A DNA stretch of 43,815 bases from Alphaproteobacteria bacterium (GTDB lineage: Bacteria > Pseudomonadota > Alphaproteobacteria > M2410), in the NCBI GenBank assembly GCA_021774955.1, contig JAJFIN010000106.1:1-43815 (forward strand). The letters run 5' to 3'. Every line of letters starts with the position of its first letter. Position 1 is the first letter of the stretch. The notes under the pieces were generated by a model. It was not told the DNA's origin. It saw only the letters and a program-made list of their open reading frames with translations, and did no database searches. Both the position numbers and the translations under genes were made by a program. Shown one piece after another: positions 1 to 10,143 of this stretch.

Positions 1-99
1 CCTTTTTCTGAAAGTGCTTTTGCTGACCTCATGGGCTTGGCTAAAAAAGGCGTGTCCGAACTTTATGTGCTTCAAAAGGGCGTTATTGAAAGCCTTTAA
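1..99 (+). CDS. rph: RNase PH, C-terminal end (gene begins upstream of the window)
   Basis: Frame 1 reads [32 protein letters not shown] and ends at TAA 97-99. This resembles the Rph C-terminus, and rph-rdgB-hemW is a common gene order. Confidence 0.6.
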   Translation, partial: PFSESAFADLMGLAKKGVSELYVLQKGVIESL

Positions 100-125
100 C
101 GCCAATTTTTGCCAAGGTTAAGCTT

Positions 126-743
126 ATGTCTCAAGCCCCCCGCGCGTTTCACGGCCGCTCTCTCGTGGTCGCCAGCCACAATGAGGGCAAGGTGCATGAA
201 ATCTGTGATTTGCTGACGCCTTTTAAGATCGAGGTGTTGTCTGCCCGGGAACTGGATTTGCCCGAGCCCATCGAGTCCGGCGCGACCTTTGCCGACAACG
301 CCAAGATCAAGGCCTTAAGTGCGGCGCACTCAAGCAGCCTGCCGGCGCTGGCTGATGATTCAGGCCTGTGTGTTCCAGATTTGGGCGGTGCGCCGGGGAT
401 CTATTCGGCGCGGTGGGCGGGGACGGATAAAAATTTTAACGCCGCCATGGAAAAAGTTCATAGCGATCTGGATGGACAAGGGATCACAGAGGCCCGCGCT
501 CATTTCTGGTGTTCATTGTGTCTGGGCTGGCCCGATGGACATGTGGATGTTTTTGAAGGACAGGTGCACGGCACCCTTGTCTGGCCGCCGCGGGGCCGCA
601 AAGGCTTTGGCTATGACCCGATGTTTCTGCCCGATGGGGAAAGCCAGACCTTTGGCGAGATGGATCCGGTGCGAAAACACGGCCTGTCCCATCGTGCGCG
701 CGCTTTTGAAAGTCTGATCCATGGCTGTTTCCCAGCCCGCTAA
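126..743 (+). CDS. rdgB: Non-canonical purine NTP pyrophosphatase (dITP/XTP pyrophosphatase)
   Basis: 205-aa ORF with Ham1/RdgB motifs: [32 protein letters not shown]. Confidence 0.9.
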   Translation: MSQAPRAFHGRSLVVASHNEGKVHEICDLLTPFKIEVLSARELDLPEPIESGATFADNAKIKALSAAHSSSLPALADDSGLCVPDLGGAPGIYSARWAGTDKNFNAAMEKVHSDLDGQGITEARAHFWCSLCLGWPDGHVDVFEGQVHGTLVWPPRGRKGFGYDPMFLPDGESQTFGEMDPVRKHGLSHRARAFESLIHGCFPAR

Positions 744-1884
744 GCCGGGCCCGGATCTGGGTGTTTATCTTCACTGGCCGTTTTGTCAGGCTATCTGTCC
801 CTATTGCGATTTCAACGTCATCCGTGCACGGCCTATGGATCAGGTGGCTTGGGCCGAACATTATGTGCGCGAGCTGAACCATTTTCATGAATTCACACCG
901 CACCATACTTTGCGCAGTATATTTTTTGGTGGCGGTACGCCGTCGCTGATGCAGCCCGAAATTGTTGGACTGCTGATCGACCATATCAAATCTTTATGGC
1001 AGGCGCCTGGCGCCGTCGAAGTCTCGTTGGAGGCCAATCCGAGCGATGCGAGCGCCCCGATCTTGTCTGGATTTGCTAATGCCGGCGTCAATCGTTTGTC
1101 TTTGGGGGTGCAGGCGTTGAATGACAGCGACTTGAAGGGGCTGGGGCGGTGGCATACGAGCGCGCAAGCGTTAAAGGCGATTGAACATGCAAAAGCAATC
1201 TTCCCAAGTGTCTCTTTTGATTTGATTTATGGCCGACCCGGACAAACCCTCGACGCCTGGGAGACCGAGCTGGCCCAAGCTTTGGCTCTGGCGCCTGATC
1301 ATCTGTCGCTTTATCAGCTCACCATCGAGCCCGGCACCGCTTTTGAACGCGCGCAGGCGCGCGGACGCCTGATCGTGCCTGAAGAAGATGACATGGCCGG
1401 GTTTTATGAAACGGCTGGCGCGTTATGCGCCAAGGCAGGTCTTGATGCTTATGAGGTCTCCAATCACGCGAGACCCGGTGCGGCGTGCGCACATAATTTA
1501 ATTTACTGGCGCTGCGGTGACTATATTGGCGTCGGGCCAGGGGCGCACGGCAGGTTGTCCGCTGACGGACAAAGATATGCAACGGTAGCTATCAAGAAAC
1601 CCAAAGAGTGGGCGGCAAGCGTCGAGCGCCACGGTCATGGACGGGCGAACATGGAGGCGCTGGATAAAAAAGATCAGCTGACTGAGTTATTGCTTATGGG
1701 GCTGCGTGTGCAAGAAGGTGTGGATCTGGCGCGGGTTCAGGCGCTGTCGCCTGGCGGGCTGGAACGTAATATTATGGGCGATCTTCAAAGCGCGGGATTG
1801 ATCGCAACTGACGCGCTTAAAATACGCACCACACAAAAGGGCCGCGCCGTGCTTAATGCGGTCCTAGAGCGTCTTCTTAATTAA
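721..1884 (+). CDS. hemW: Radical SAM heme chaperone HemW (coproporphyrinogen III oxidase-like)
   Basis: 387-aa ORF with the radical SAM cluster motif [10 protein letters not shown] and a GGGTPS motif. It overlaps the rdgB stop, as in the usual rdgB-hemW operon. Confidence 0.9.
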   Translation: MAVSQPAKPGPDLGVYLHWPFCQAICPYCDFNVIRARPMDQVAWAEHYVRELNHFHEFTPHHTLRSIFFGGGTPSLMQPEIVGLLIDHIKSLWQAPGAVEVSLEANPSDASAPILSGFANAGVNRLSLGVQALNDSDLKGLGRWHTSAQALKAIEHAKAIFPSVSFDLIYGRPGQTLDAWETELAQALALAPDHLSLYQLTIEPGTAFERAQARGRLIVPEEDDMAGFYETAGALCAKAGLDAYEVSNHARPGAACAHNLIYWRCGDYIGVGPGAHGRLSADGQRYATVAIKKPKEWAASVERHGHGRANMEALDKKDQLTELLLMGLRVQEGVDLARVQALSPGGLERNIMGDLQSAGLIATDALKIRTTQKGRAVLNAVLERLLN

Positions 1885-3203
1885 AACTCAAAACCTTCAA
1901 AGGAGGTCGGCGCCGGCTCGATCACTTTAAAACCTTTTTTGGTGATCTCAATGATCGAAAGGCCGCGCTGTGTCCTTCCATCGGGCAGGAAGCGGAACAG
2001 GCCATCGACGCCAAAATACCCATTGGGATCAGTGATCGCATTGGCGCTGAAGCGGCTTCCTGGCTCTGCATTGGCAAGGGAGGCCGCCAACATCACCGCG
2101 TCATAGGCAAGAGAGGCGATCCGGGACGGTTCGTGACCATAGGCGTTTTGATAATTTACCGTAAATGCTTGCCGGGCCTCAGGCGCGGGCGCGGCAAACC
2201 ACCCGCCGAGCAGAGAGGGTTCGCGGGCGATCTCAGGATTATCCCATAAGCCCGTCCCGAGAAATTTTACATAGCGTGGATCGACATCGTAATAGGGTAG
2301 AAGCGGCGCCAGGCTGCGCAGCAGATTGCCTTCTTCGGGCAGGAGTACGGCCTCATAGCCCACTTCGCCCCAGGTTTCCGAATCCTCCAGACGTTGCAAG
2401 GCGGCGCGGGACGCTTCATCATCAATTTTCCGCAGATTTTGTTTTTCCAACTCGATCGAGGATTTACGCTGGGCGTATTGCGCCAACCGCTTGACCGGCT
2501 CGAACATGGCGGAGGCTTCCCGGGCATAGTATTCTTTTTGAACGATAGTGCCGCCATATTTGGTGATGTTGGCATCAAACGCTTGGTCGACCCGGTTGCC
2601 GTAAGCACCATAGGGGATGAGAGAGGCAAACCGGCTTAGCCCGCGCCGGGTGGCGAAACGGGCAATGGCATCAAGCTCGCTTTCCGGCTGAAAGCTCAGC
2701 AAATAGACCTCTTGGCCCGCCACGGTCCGGTCGGTGGAAAAGGCGATAACGGGAATATTTCTGGTCCTGGCAAGTTCTGCTGTGGCCTTGACGGACGGGG
2801 CAAACAGAGGTCCCAGAATAATTTCCGCCCCCTGATCAAGCGCCTGCGCCGCGGCCCGCGCAGCGCCGTCAGCCGTGCCGAGCGTGTCTTTGGGAATCAG
2901 CAAAAGAGCAGTATTGCTTTGGTCGAACAAAGCAAGCTGCGCCGCGTTCAGCATTGACCTGGCCAGGGCTTGTATTTGGGGGCTTGGTGAGCTGAGCGGG
3001 AGCAACAGGGCGATGCGAACCGGTTCCCCACCTTGCATATGCTCGGGCGCGATCCACTTGGATCGATCGCCAGGAGGGAGGGGGGCGCTGTCCGGCGGCG
3101 AAAAAATCACCGGCGCCGGCAGCGAGGCGCCCTCACACCCGGCCAGCCCGACGAGAAAGAGCACAAGAAATGCGCGGCTTGTTTTGGCGATGAATTTGCG
3201 CAA
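1881..3203 (-). CDS. LpoA-like / periplasmic-binding-fold lipoprotein (penicillin-binding protein activator family)
   Basis: The long ORF is divergent from rsmI, matching the E. coli lpoA-rsmI-yraN-dolP neighbourhood. The lipobox FLVGLAGC follows a basic n-region if translation starts at TTG 3201-3203. The tracked ORF extends to 3371, but that extension runs through an intergenic repeat, so I trimmed it. Confidence 0.65.
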   Translation of the reverse strand: MRKFIAKTSRAFLVLFLVGLAGCEGASLPAPVIFSPPDSAPLPPGDRSKWIAPEHMQGGEPVRIALLLPLSSPSPQIQALARSMLNAAQLALFDQSNTALLLIPKDTLGTADGAARAAAQALDQGAEIILGPLFAPSVKATAELARTRNIPVIAFSTDRTVAGQEVYLLSFQPESELDAIARFATRRGLSRFASLIPYGAYGNRVDQAFDANITKYGGTIVQKEYYAREASAMFEPVKRLAQYAQRKSSIELEKQNLRKIDDEASRAALQRLEDSETWGEVGYEAVLLPEEGNLLRSLAPLLPYYDVDPRYVKFLGTGLWDNPEIAREPSLLGGWFAAPAPEARQAFTVNYQNAYGHEPSRIASLAYDAVMLAASLANAEPGSRFSANAITDPNGYFGVDGLFRFLPDGRTQRGLSIIEITKKGFKVIEPAPTSFEGFEF

Positions 3204-3238
3204 AACCTGCGGCGCGGTATGGTGCCTGACAAAACCCA

Positions 3239-3345
3239 GAGCGTTATCATCCTTAACTGAATCGCAATAACGCTCTAGCTTCTTAGTTTGGTCGCGTTTT
3301 CGGACGGAAAACCGGGACCACTTTTCCTGAAAACGCTCCAGCGGC
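3239..3345 (-). repeat. Structured intergenic repeat, copy 1 (two hairpins)
   Basis: Its reverse complement aligns with 5585-5695. Hairpins are GAGCGTTAT/ATAACGCTC (3239-3275) and GCGTTTTC/GAAAACGC (3294-3336). Confidence 0.7.
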
Positions 3346-3352
3346 GCGCCCG

Positions 3353-4312
3353 ATGACAAACAGTAAATCACGAAAATCCCCTCACGACTCCACTCATAAC
3401 GCGCGTGCGAAACCCAGAAATGATCTCGCGTGGACCGACCCTATCGTTCGCCTTGCGCAAAGTAAACTTGAGCCCGCCCTTTATGTGACCGCCACACCCA
3501 TCGGCAATTTGCAGGACATCACGCTGCGGGCCCTGACCTCTCTGGCAGCGTGCGATCTCATTCTGTGCGAAGACACGCGCGTCACCCGCAAATTGCTCAC
3601 CGCCTTTGGTATCGCCAAACCCTTAAAATCATATCACGATCACAATGCGGCGAAAATGCGCCCCCGGATACTGGACTGGCTAAGGGAAGGCATGAGCATT
3701 TGCCTGGTGAGCGATGCCGGAATGCCCCTGGTCTCCGATCCCGGGTTCCAATTGGTGCGGGCGGTCCTTGAAGCAGGTCTCAAAGTGACGGTTCTGCCTG
3801 GGGCCTCTGCGCCGCTCGCGGCTCTGGCCCTGTCGGGTCTGCCGAGTGACAGCTTTTTCTTTGCCGGGTTTTTGCCGGCCAAAGCGGGCGCCCGCCAGCG
3901 CCATTTGCACGGCTTACGCGCCGTGCCGGGGAGCCTGATCTTTTTTGAATCCGGCCCCCGCCTGGCGGCCACACTCAAGCAAATGGAAGGGTCTTTGGGG
4001 TCCCGCAACGCCGCGATTGCCCGCGAGATCACCAAGAAATTCGAAGAGGTGCGCCGGGGGACCTTAGAAACATTGGCCACACATTACGCCGCCGCTCCGC
4101 CGCCCAAGGGCGAAATCGTGATTGTGGTGGCGCCGCCCCCTCAAGGGGATGAAAACCTTATTGATCCTGAGGCTGAATTGCGCCGCGCGCTGAAATTCTC
4201 TTCAACCAAAGATGCAGTGGCCGAAGTGGCGGCATTGACCGGCCTGCCGCGCAAAACAGTCTATGACCTGGCTTTGGGCCTCAAAAACGAAGGCGATCAT
4301 GGGCAAGAATGA
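3353..4312 (+). CDS. rsmI: 16S rRNA (cytidine1402-2'-O)-methyltransferase
   Basis: 319-aa ORF with the RsmI N-terminal signature LYVTATPIGNLQDITLRAL and ILCEDTR. Confidence 0.9.
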   Translation: MTNSKSRKSPHDSTHNARAKPRNDLAWTDPIVRLAQSKLEPALYVTATPIGNLQDITLRALTSLAACDLILCEDTRVTRKLLTAFGIAKPLKSYHDHNAAKMRPRILDWLREGMSICLVSDAGMPLVSDPGFQLVRAVLEAGLKVTVLPGASAPLAALALSGLPSDSFFFAGFLPAKAGARQRHLHGLRAVPGSLIFFESGPRLAATLKQMEGSLGSRNAAIAREITKKFEEVRRGTLETLATHYAAAPPPKGEIVIVVAPPPQGDENLIDPEAELRRALKFSSTKDAVAEVAALTGLPRKTVYDLALGLKNEGDHGQE

Positions 4313-4700
4313 GAGTGCGGGCAAGCAACGTAGCGCGCGCGGCCGCCGCCACGCCTATGGCCGCGGGCTGTGGGCGGAGCGGTTGGCGGCCCTGATGCTG
4401 GTCTTCAAAGGCTACCGGATTCTTGCTCTGCGCCGCCAGACGGCGCTGGGCGAGATTGATCTGATTGCGCAAAAGGGCAGGGTTCTGGTGTTCGTGGAAG
4501 TGAAATACCGCAAGAGCGCGGCAAAAGCTCTGGAAGCGTTGACCCCGCGCCAGCGGGACCGGGTGGGCCGGGCCGCGCAACTTTTTCTCAGCTCCCGGCC
4601 GGATTTGGCTCAACTGGATCAAAGGTATGACGTTATAACGGTTTGTCCATGGAAATTAATCCAACACATTAAGAATTGCTGGCAACCATCATTAAAATAG
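4299..4700 (+). CDS. yraN: YraN-family (UPF0102) endonuclease-like protein
   Basis: Motifs GEIDLIA and VLVFVEVKYR. The start is placed at ATG 4299, overlapping the rsmI stop, although the ORF is open from 4263. Confidence 0.8.
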   Translation: MGKNESAGKQRSARGRRHAYGRGLWAERLAALMLVFKGYRILALRRQTALGEIDLIAQKGRVLVFVEVKYRKSAAKALEALTPRQRDRVGRAAQLFLSSRPDLAQLDQRYDVITVCPWKLIQHIKNCWQPSLK

Positions 4701-4709
4701 TGTTATAAA

Positions 4710-5462
4710 TTGGGATTGATTCGGCTAAATGGGCGCTGGGCCCACAGCCACCGTCTCTTAACAATGATGGGCAGAGCTATGACTGATCTCACACCCCTAC
4801 CGGTAAACAATGGGTTAACTTCACCGCAGCGGCTTTTCGTGCGCTGTCTGCCGCGTTTCGGCCTGGTCGCGCTTCTGGCTTTAAGTTTATCGGGCTGTGT
4901 TGGCCTTGTTCTTGCGGGAACCGCTACAACCGGCGCTCTCGTGGCGCAGGACCGTTCGATTGGCAGCGGATTCGATGACACCGCCATCGATATGGACATC
5001 AAGAGCCGTTATGCCGAAGAAAATTTCAAAACCTTCCGGCGCGTCAATATCGAAGTTTATGAAGGCCGGGTTCTGTTGACCGGCAATGTGCCGACGGTTG
5101 AGGACCGGGCCAAAGCCGTACAGATCGCGTGGGCAGCCCCCAAAGTAGAAGAAGTAACCAATGAGATCGAGATCAATGACCGCTCGGAACTGGCGCGCTG
5201 GCCCAAAGATACGTGGATATCCACCCGTCTCAAAAGCAAATTGATTTGGGATACTAATATCAACAGTTTCAATTATCAGATCGAAATCGTGAATGGGAAT
5301 GTCTATCTGGCCGGTGTGGCGAAAGACGCTGCTGAGCTGGAGCGGGTTACTGAACATGCGCGCAAAATAAACGGGGTCAAAAAAGTTGTCAGCCATGTCC
5401 GGCTGAAAGAATCGCCGCCACGCCAAGCGGTTGCTTTGGGGGATGCTCTTGCCAAAGAGTGA
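4710..5462 (+). CDS. BON-domain lipoprotein (DolP/OsmY-like)
   Basis: Lipobox LSLSGCVG followed by two BON-like segments (YEGRVLLTGNVPT, NGNVYLAGVAKD). Synteny with yraN supports the call. The exact start is uncertain because there are several in-frame Met codons. Confidence 0.8.
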   Translation: MGLIRLNGRWAHSHRLLTMMGRAMTDLTPLPVNNGLTSPQRLFVRCLPRFGLVALLALSLSGCVGLVLAGTATTGALVAQDRSIGSGFDDTAIDMDIKSRYAEENFKTFRRVNIEVYEGRVLLTGNVPTVEDRAKAVQIAWAAPKVEEVTNEIEINDRSELARWPKDTWISTRLKSKLIWDTNINSFNYQIEIVNGNVYLAGVAKDAAELERVTEHARKINGVKKVVSHVRLKESPPRQAVALGDALAKE

Positions 5463-5502
5463 TCGACCTACTGTGAGCAGCCGTTAGCGTTTCACTTCTC
5501 AA

Positions 5503-5537
5503 GGGCGCAAGGATTTAAGGATCGTTGCGCCCTTTTT
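5503..5537 (+). terminator. Rho-independent terminator after the BON-domain gene
   Basis: Stem GGGCGCAA (5503-5510) pairs with TTGCGCCC (5525-5532) and is followed by TTTTTG. Confidence 0.7.
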
Positions 5538-5584
5538 GTGCGCCGCGTATGATACGTGTCACAGTTAGAGACGCGCGCGCCAGC

Positions 5585-5695
5585 GCGTTAGAGCATTTCC
5601 GAGCGAAGTGGGCACCGGTTCGCGTGAAGGAAATGCGACCAAACAACAACTTAGAGCCGTTCTGTGAGTCAAATAAAGTCGGAACGGCTCTAGCG
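5585..5695 (+). repeat. Structured intergenic repeat, copy 2 (two hairpins)
   Basis: Homologous to the reverse complement of 3239-3345. Hairpins are GCATTTCC/GGAAATGC (5593-5636) and AGAGCCGTTC/GAACGGCTCT (5653-5691), which keep pairing through compensatory changes. The tracked ORF 5525-5722 is probably spurious. Confidence 0.7.
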
Positions 5696-5729
5696 CGAGC
5701 GATACGAACAAGAAGCAGGTGAAGAAGAC

Positions 5730-6677
5730 ATGGGCTTAAGCGTTGCGATTCAGATGGATCCCATTGACGCCATCGATATAGAAGGCGACAGCACTTTTGC
5801 TTTGGCGCTGGAGGCGCAAGGCCGCGGCCATGATCTGCTGTATTATCTGCCGCGGCATCTCAGTTTGAAAAACGGTCAGGTGATCACCAAGGCTCATCGC
5901 TTGCATGTGCAGCATCAAATCGGTGATCACTTTCGTCTCGGGGACCCGGCGCCGCTTGATCTGGCAAGTGTTGACGTGGTGCTGATGCGTCAGGACCCGC
6001 CCTTTGACATGAGCTATATCACCGCCACCCATCTTTTGCAGCGCATTCATCCCAAAACCCTGGTGGTCAATGATCCGGCCCATGTGCGCAACGCGCCGGA
6101 AAAGCTCTTTGTCACGGAGTTTGACGGCGTCATGCCGCCCACCCTCATTTCCAGCGATGAAGACGAAATCCGCGCTTTTCGCAACGAGCATGAGGACCTG
6201 ATCCTGAAACCGCTGTTCGGCAATGGCGGGGCGGGCGTCTTTCGTTTGGCGCCGGGTGATGAAAACCTGGGCGCGCTGCTGGAGATGTTCACCCAGTTTT
6301 ACCGCGAGCCGGTGGTGGCGCAAGCCTATGTGCCCGCCGTGCGCCAAGGTGACAAGCGCATCATTCTGGTGGACGGGCTTCCCGTCGGGGCCATCAACCG
6401 GGTGCCCGCGCCCGGCGAATCGCGCTCCAACATGCATGTCGGCGGCCGGCCGGAGCCATCCATTCTCACCCCCCGCGAGCAGGAGATCTGCGCCGCGATC
6501 GGCCCTGAGCTGAAACGGCGCGGTTTGATTTTCGTGGGCATTGATGTCATCGGCGAGTACCTCACCGAGATCAACGTCACCTCCCCCACCGGCATTCAGG
6601 AAATCGAGCGCTTTGACGGCGTCAACATTGCCGGGCTGATCTGGGACGCCATCGAAGAACGGATCGCGGGGCAATGA
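5730..6677 (+). CDS. gshB: Glutathione synthetase (ATP-grasp)
   Basis: 315-aa ORF of the size and layout of prokaryotic GshB, with motifs [37 protein letters not shown] and EINVTSPTG. Confidence 0.92.
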   Translation: MGLSVAIQMDPIDAIDIEGDSTFALALEAQGRGHDLLYYLPRHLSLKNGQVITKAHRLHVQHQIGDHFRLGDPAPLDLASVDVVLMRQDPPFDMSYITATHLLQRIHPKTLVVNDPAHVRNAPEKLFVTEFDGVMPPTLISSDEDEIRAFRNEHEDLILKPLFGNGGAGVFRLAPGDENLGALLEMFTQFYREPVVAQAYVPAVRQGDKRIILVDGLPVGAINRVPAPGESRSNMHVGGRPEPSILTPREQEICAAIGPELKRRGLIFVGIDVIGEYLTEINVTSPTGIQEIERFDGVNIAGLIWDAIEERIAGQ

Positions 6678-6762
6678 TCATATTTTGTTCTCATAATGTT
6701 CTTGCACACTCAACCATTACGCGATAACCTCGCGTATTCGTTAAGTATACAAGGGAACATCC

Positions 6763-7680
6763 ATGGTTGCCCATGTCTATACGGTTGCGTTTGATGGCAT
6801 CGAAGCGCGGGAAGTTGATGTTCAGGTCCATATGGCCAGCGGCATGCCGGGCTTTACCATCGTCGGGCTTGGGGACAAAGCAGTGGCGGAAAGCCGCGAG
6901 AGGGTCCGCGCCGCGCTCTCGGCCATCGGGCTTGCTCTGCCGCCCAAACGCATCACGGTAAATCTGGCGCCGGCTGATCTGCCCAAGGAAGGCAGCCATT
7001 ATGACTTGCCCATCGCGCTGGGCCTGTTGGTAGGGCTGGAGGCCCTACCGGGTGACAGCCTCAGCCGCTATACCGCCATGGGCGAGCTGTCGCTTGACGG
7101 CGGCATCACTCGCGTTGCCGGGGCGCTTCCGGCGGCGGTGGCGGCGCATGGCGCCGATCGCGGGTTGATTTGCCCCGCAGACTGCGGCGCGGAAGCCGCG
7201 TGGTCGGCCAATCCGGACATTCTGGCGCCCCTCAACCTCATCGCTCTGGTCAATCATTTTAAGGGCAGTCAAGTGCTTAGCCCTCCTAAGCCGGGCGCCG
7301 CCCTGGCGCGGTGCGTGGTGGCTGATCTCAAAGATATCAAAGGCCAGGAAAGCGCCAAACGGGCTTTGGAAGTGGTGGCCGCCGGGGGCCATAACATGCT
7401 GATGACGGGGCCGCCGGGCGCCGGTAAATCCATGCTGGCCCAGCGCCTGCCCGGGATTTTGCCGCCGCTTTGCGTCGAAGAGATGCTGGAGGTGAGCATG
7501 GTGCATTCGGTCGCGGGTCTCCTCGAACACGGCGCCATTGCCCAAGACCGGCCCTACCGTGCGCCTCATCACTCGGCCAGCATGGCGGCGCTGGTGGGGG
7601 GCGGTTTGCGGGTGAAACCGGGGGAAGTGTCTCTGGCGCATCTGGGTGTGTTGTTTTTGGATGAATTGCCGGAATTCTCC
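6763..7680 (+). pseudogene. comM: comM (YifB/Mg-chelatase-like ATPase), 5' fragment truncated by transposon insertion
   Basis: ComM N-terminal domain and Walker A (MLMTGPPGAGKSM), then Walker B LFLDELPEF. The frame is broken at 7680/7681 by the transposon IR and resumes at 11574. Confidence 0.9.
7671..7680. repeat. Target-site duplication, left copy (GGAATTCTCC)
   Basis: The identical 10-mer recurs at 11574-11583, immediately outside the right IR. Confidence 0.8.
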
Positions 7681-7768
7681 GGCATTATGTAGCAAACGCA
7701 CCTTCGGGGAGACTCGTCATGATTGAGCTAGAATCCACCTTTCCACCTACTCGTGGTAGGGATCGAGG

Positions 7769-8647
7769 ATGGATTATCTGTCTTATTTGTGGATGGTGCT
7801 CAAACTCGCCTGGCAAGGAGCTTGGAGCGTGGTGACTGAGCATTCTATCAAGACGCTGTTGCGTGATGCAGTGATTTTAACCGTCACCCTTGGTGCCTTA
7901 CGGTACTTGCAGCCAGTATTGACGAACGCCAACCTCATGAGTGAGGACAATGTTAGTGATACTATTATCTGGATTGTCGGGTTTTTAATTTCGGCTGTAG
8001 CAGTATTTGCGCTCATATTTGTCGTTCAAGGGGTGCTTGTTGTGCCCTATCGTCTTTGGAGAGAGCAAAAGCAAAGAATTTTTGGCCTGCTGCCAGACTA
8101 TGAGAAAAAACGCCTTGGTCCTTTGGCAGAGATGGCATCGCCAGCCAATCAGAAGCTGAGAGAAAGATTAGGAACCTTCGCCTGTGAATATCTTGATCCT
8201 GCATTTCGAGCACTCAACAAGGTACAGTTATCTCTCGTTGTTCAATGCAAACAACTATTTGGTGGACCATCATTTGGTGAGGCGTGCGTTAACGGGATTA
8301 TGGATCAAACTGTTGAATCGTCGGAAGACATATCTGACTTAACATATCCGCTTTATTTGGAGAGGCAATCCTTTGATGAAGCCGCCACCAAAACGCATAT
8401 GATTTTACAGCGATACGAAAAAGCTCAAACAATCCTTTGTCAAAGTCTTGATTATCTCGTTCAATCTAATTGCGATATTACCCCTGAGACACGAGCCAAG
8501 CTGGCGGAATGGAAGGCTATGGATGAGGCAATGTACGAAGCGCTGGATGAGTTGAAAGGCATGTATGGCATGGTGGCGATCAGCCAAATCCAGAGTACAT
8601 CCGCTCGAAACTTTGATGCATCCAAGTTCTCGGGGTTACAAGACTAA
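7769..8647 (+). CDS. Hypothetical membrane protein (transposon passenger)
   Basis: 292-aa ORF with hydrophobic helices near the N-terminus (IIWIVGFLISAVAVFALIFVVQGVLVV). No recognisable family. Confidence 0.55.
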   Translation: MDYLSYLWMVLKLAWQGAWSVVTEHSIKTLLRDAVILTVTLGALRYLQPVLTNANLMSEDNVSDTIIWIVGFLISAVAVFALIFVVQGVLVVPYRLWREQKQRIFGLLPDYEKKRLGPLAEMASPANQKLRERLGTFACEYLDPAFRALNKVQLSLVVQCKQLFGGPSFGEACVNGIMDQTVESSEDISDLTYPLYLERQSFDEAATKTHMILQRYEKAQTILCQSLDYLVQSNCDITPETRAKLAEWKAMDEAMYEALDELKGMYGMVAISQIQSTSARNFDASKFSGLQD

Positions 8648-8857
8648 CTCTTTGCAGCCGATTGCAATTAGGCATTGGATAAAAAATACAGCGGAAAAAC
8701 CCCCGCGTGCAATCTTATTGGCTATGTTCCTCTCGGTTTCATGGATTCCGACCCCTTCCAGACGTTCAGCTAGATCCCGGTAGCTGATATTCCGCCGCTT
8801 AAGTTCCGCTTTCAGGATGCCTTTGACGCGATCCTGCCATTCTTTATCTGCTGGCAT
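8636..8857 (-). CDS. DUF6471-like small HTH protein
   Basis: The sequence MPADKEWQDRVKGILKAELKRRNISYRDLAERL...FFIQCLIAIG resembles DUF6471 proteins as I remember them. The start is trimmed to ATG at 8857. Confidence 0.55.
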   Translation of the reverse strand: MPADKEWQDRVKGILKAELKRRNISYRDLAERLEGVGIHETERNIANKIARGGFSAVFFIQCLIAIGCKELVL

Positions 8858-8958
8858 GATAAATTCTCCGAATTTGATGATAAAATCATCATATTCGATG
8901 TTTTCATCCTTGACAATGGTGTATATTATCACCAAATATAGAGACATAAACATCAAAT

Positions 8959-9933
8959 ATGGTGATAATCATGTCTCAACACTTCCTTCTCTCAGCCCAA
9001 GCCCGGACCCTTTCACTGGCCAAGGTCTTCCGCATGTCCGACCAAGAAGCATTCGAGACCTTTAAGGCGATCCGCTGGGCGGATAATGACGGAGAGGCTT
9101 ATTGCCCACGGTGTGGCTGCACCAAGGTCTATGAGTACAAAACCCGCCGTATCTTCAAATGCAAGGACTGTGAGGCTCAATTCAGCGTCACCACGGCGAC
9201 AATCTTTGCAAGCCGCAAGCTGGCGATCCGCGACCTCTTGGCCGCTATTGCTATCTTTGTGAACGGGGCCAAGGGTGTTTCCGCTCTGCAATTGAGCCGC
9301 GATCTGGACGTGCAATACAAAACAGCCTTTGTGCTGGCCCACAAGCTCAGAGAAGCCTTGGGTGATGAGTTGAAGGCCCGCGAGCTGTCCGGTCATGTGG
9401 AAGTGGATGGGGCCTATTTCGGGGGCTATGTGCGCCCTGCCAATCGCAAGATCGACCGCAAAGACCGCCGCCTGTCACAGAACCGTACCGGCAAGCGCCG
9501 CGTGGTGGTGATTATGCGCGAGCGCAAGGGCCGGTCTTATCCCTTTGTCTGCAAGTCAGAGTCTCAATCAGTACCCACCATCTTAAAGCGTGTCGCTAAT
9601 GGCACCACGGTTTACGCCGACGAAGCATCATCTTGGGATGGTCTGCACGCTTCCTATGATGTTCGCCGCATCAATCACTCCATCCAATTCAGAGACGAAG
9701 ACGCCTGCACGAACCAAGCGGAAAGCTTCTTTTCGCGTCTGCGCCGGGCCGAGATCGGCACCCACCATCATATCAGCGGCAGGTATCTGCAATCATACGC
9801 AAATGAAATGGCTTGGCGCGAAGACAACCGCCGGGAAAGCAATGGCGAACAATATCTGATGGCCGTAACCGCCACTCTTAATCATCCGGTTTCCCGCCAG
9901 TGGAAGGGGTACTGGCAGAGAGCAAAGACTTAG
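8959..9933 (+). CDS. IS1595-family transposase (N-terminal zinc ribbon plus ISXO2-like DDE domain)
   Basis: Zinc-ribbon CPRCGC...CKDC, then typical IS1595 segments (FASRKL, VEVDGAYFGG, VYADEASSWD, HSIQF...NQAESFFSRLRR). Confidence 0.88.
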   Translation: MVIIMSQHFLLSAQARTLSLAKVFRMSDQEAFETFKAIRWADNDGEAYCPRCGCTKVYEYKTRRIFKCKDCEAQFSVTTATIFASRKLAIRDLLAAIAIFVNGAKGVSALQLSRDLDVQYKTAFVLAHKLREALGDELKARELSGHVEVDGAYFGGYVRPANRKIDRKDRRLSQNRTGKRRVVVIMRERKGRSYPFVCKSESQSVPTILKRVANGTTVYADEASSWDGLHASYDVRRINHSIQFRDEDACTNQAESFFSRLRRAEIGTHHHISGRYLQSYANEMAWREDNRRESNGEQYLMAVTATLNHPVSRQWKGYWQRAKT

Positions 9934-10051
9934 GATTGAGCACCTTTAATCTATATAATGTTGTTGTATCCACTGTTTGCACAAGATATTGTTAAGGGAT
10001 TCGGTGTTTCGCCACAAAAGAAAAAGAGCAGCCAAAAGACTGCCCTTCTTC

Positions 10052-10139
10052 GGATGCGTGGTGGAATTGGTAGACACAGCGGTCTTTAAAACCGCCTCCT
10101 GATCAGGGATTGTGGGTTCGAGTCCCACCGCATCCACCA
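10052..10139 (+). tRNA. Class II (long variable arm) Leu-type tRNA with anticodon 5'-UUA-3' (ochre-suppressor type), CCA encoded
   Basis: Manual cloverleaf follows. Acceptor GGATGCG/CGCATCC has 7/7 pairs. The D arm is GTG-GAATTGGTAGA-CAC. The anticodon stem GCGGT/ACCGC has 5/5 pairs around the loop C-T-TTA-A-A. The variable arm is CTCCTGATCAGGGATT and the T arm is GTGGG-TTCGAGT-CCCAC. The discriminator is A, followed by CCA. Confidence 0.8.
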
Positions 10140-10143
10140 CTTA

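Noticed and set aside
3204-3371. N-terminal 56 codons of tracked ORF 1881-3371
   Set aside because: This extension reads through the structured intergenic repeat (ERFQEKWSRFSVRKRDQTKKLE is the repeat translated). A TTG start at 3203 gives a proper lipoprotein signal peptide.
5736-6674. 312-aa minus-strand ORF exactly mirroring gshB, plus similar long antisense ORFs at 484-984, 2267-2629, 3640-4080, 4887-5426 and 7045-7701
   Set aside because: These are typical shadow ORFs in G+C-rich DNA. Their translations are Arg/Ala/Gly/Pro-rich with no motifs, and the opposite strand has clear family signatures.
9946-10140. 64-aa minus-strand ORF
   Set aside because: It lies antisense across a perfectly folding tRNA gene, so it is explained by the tRNA.
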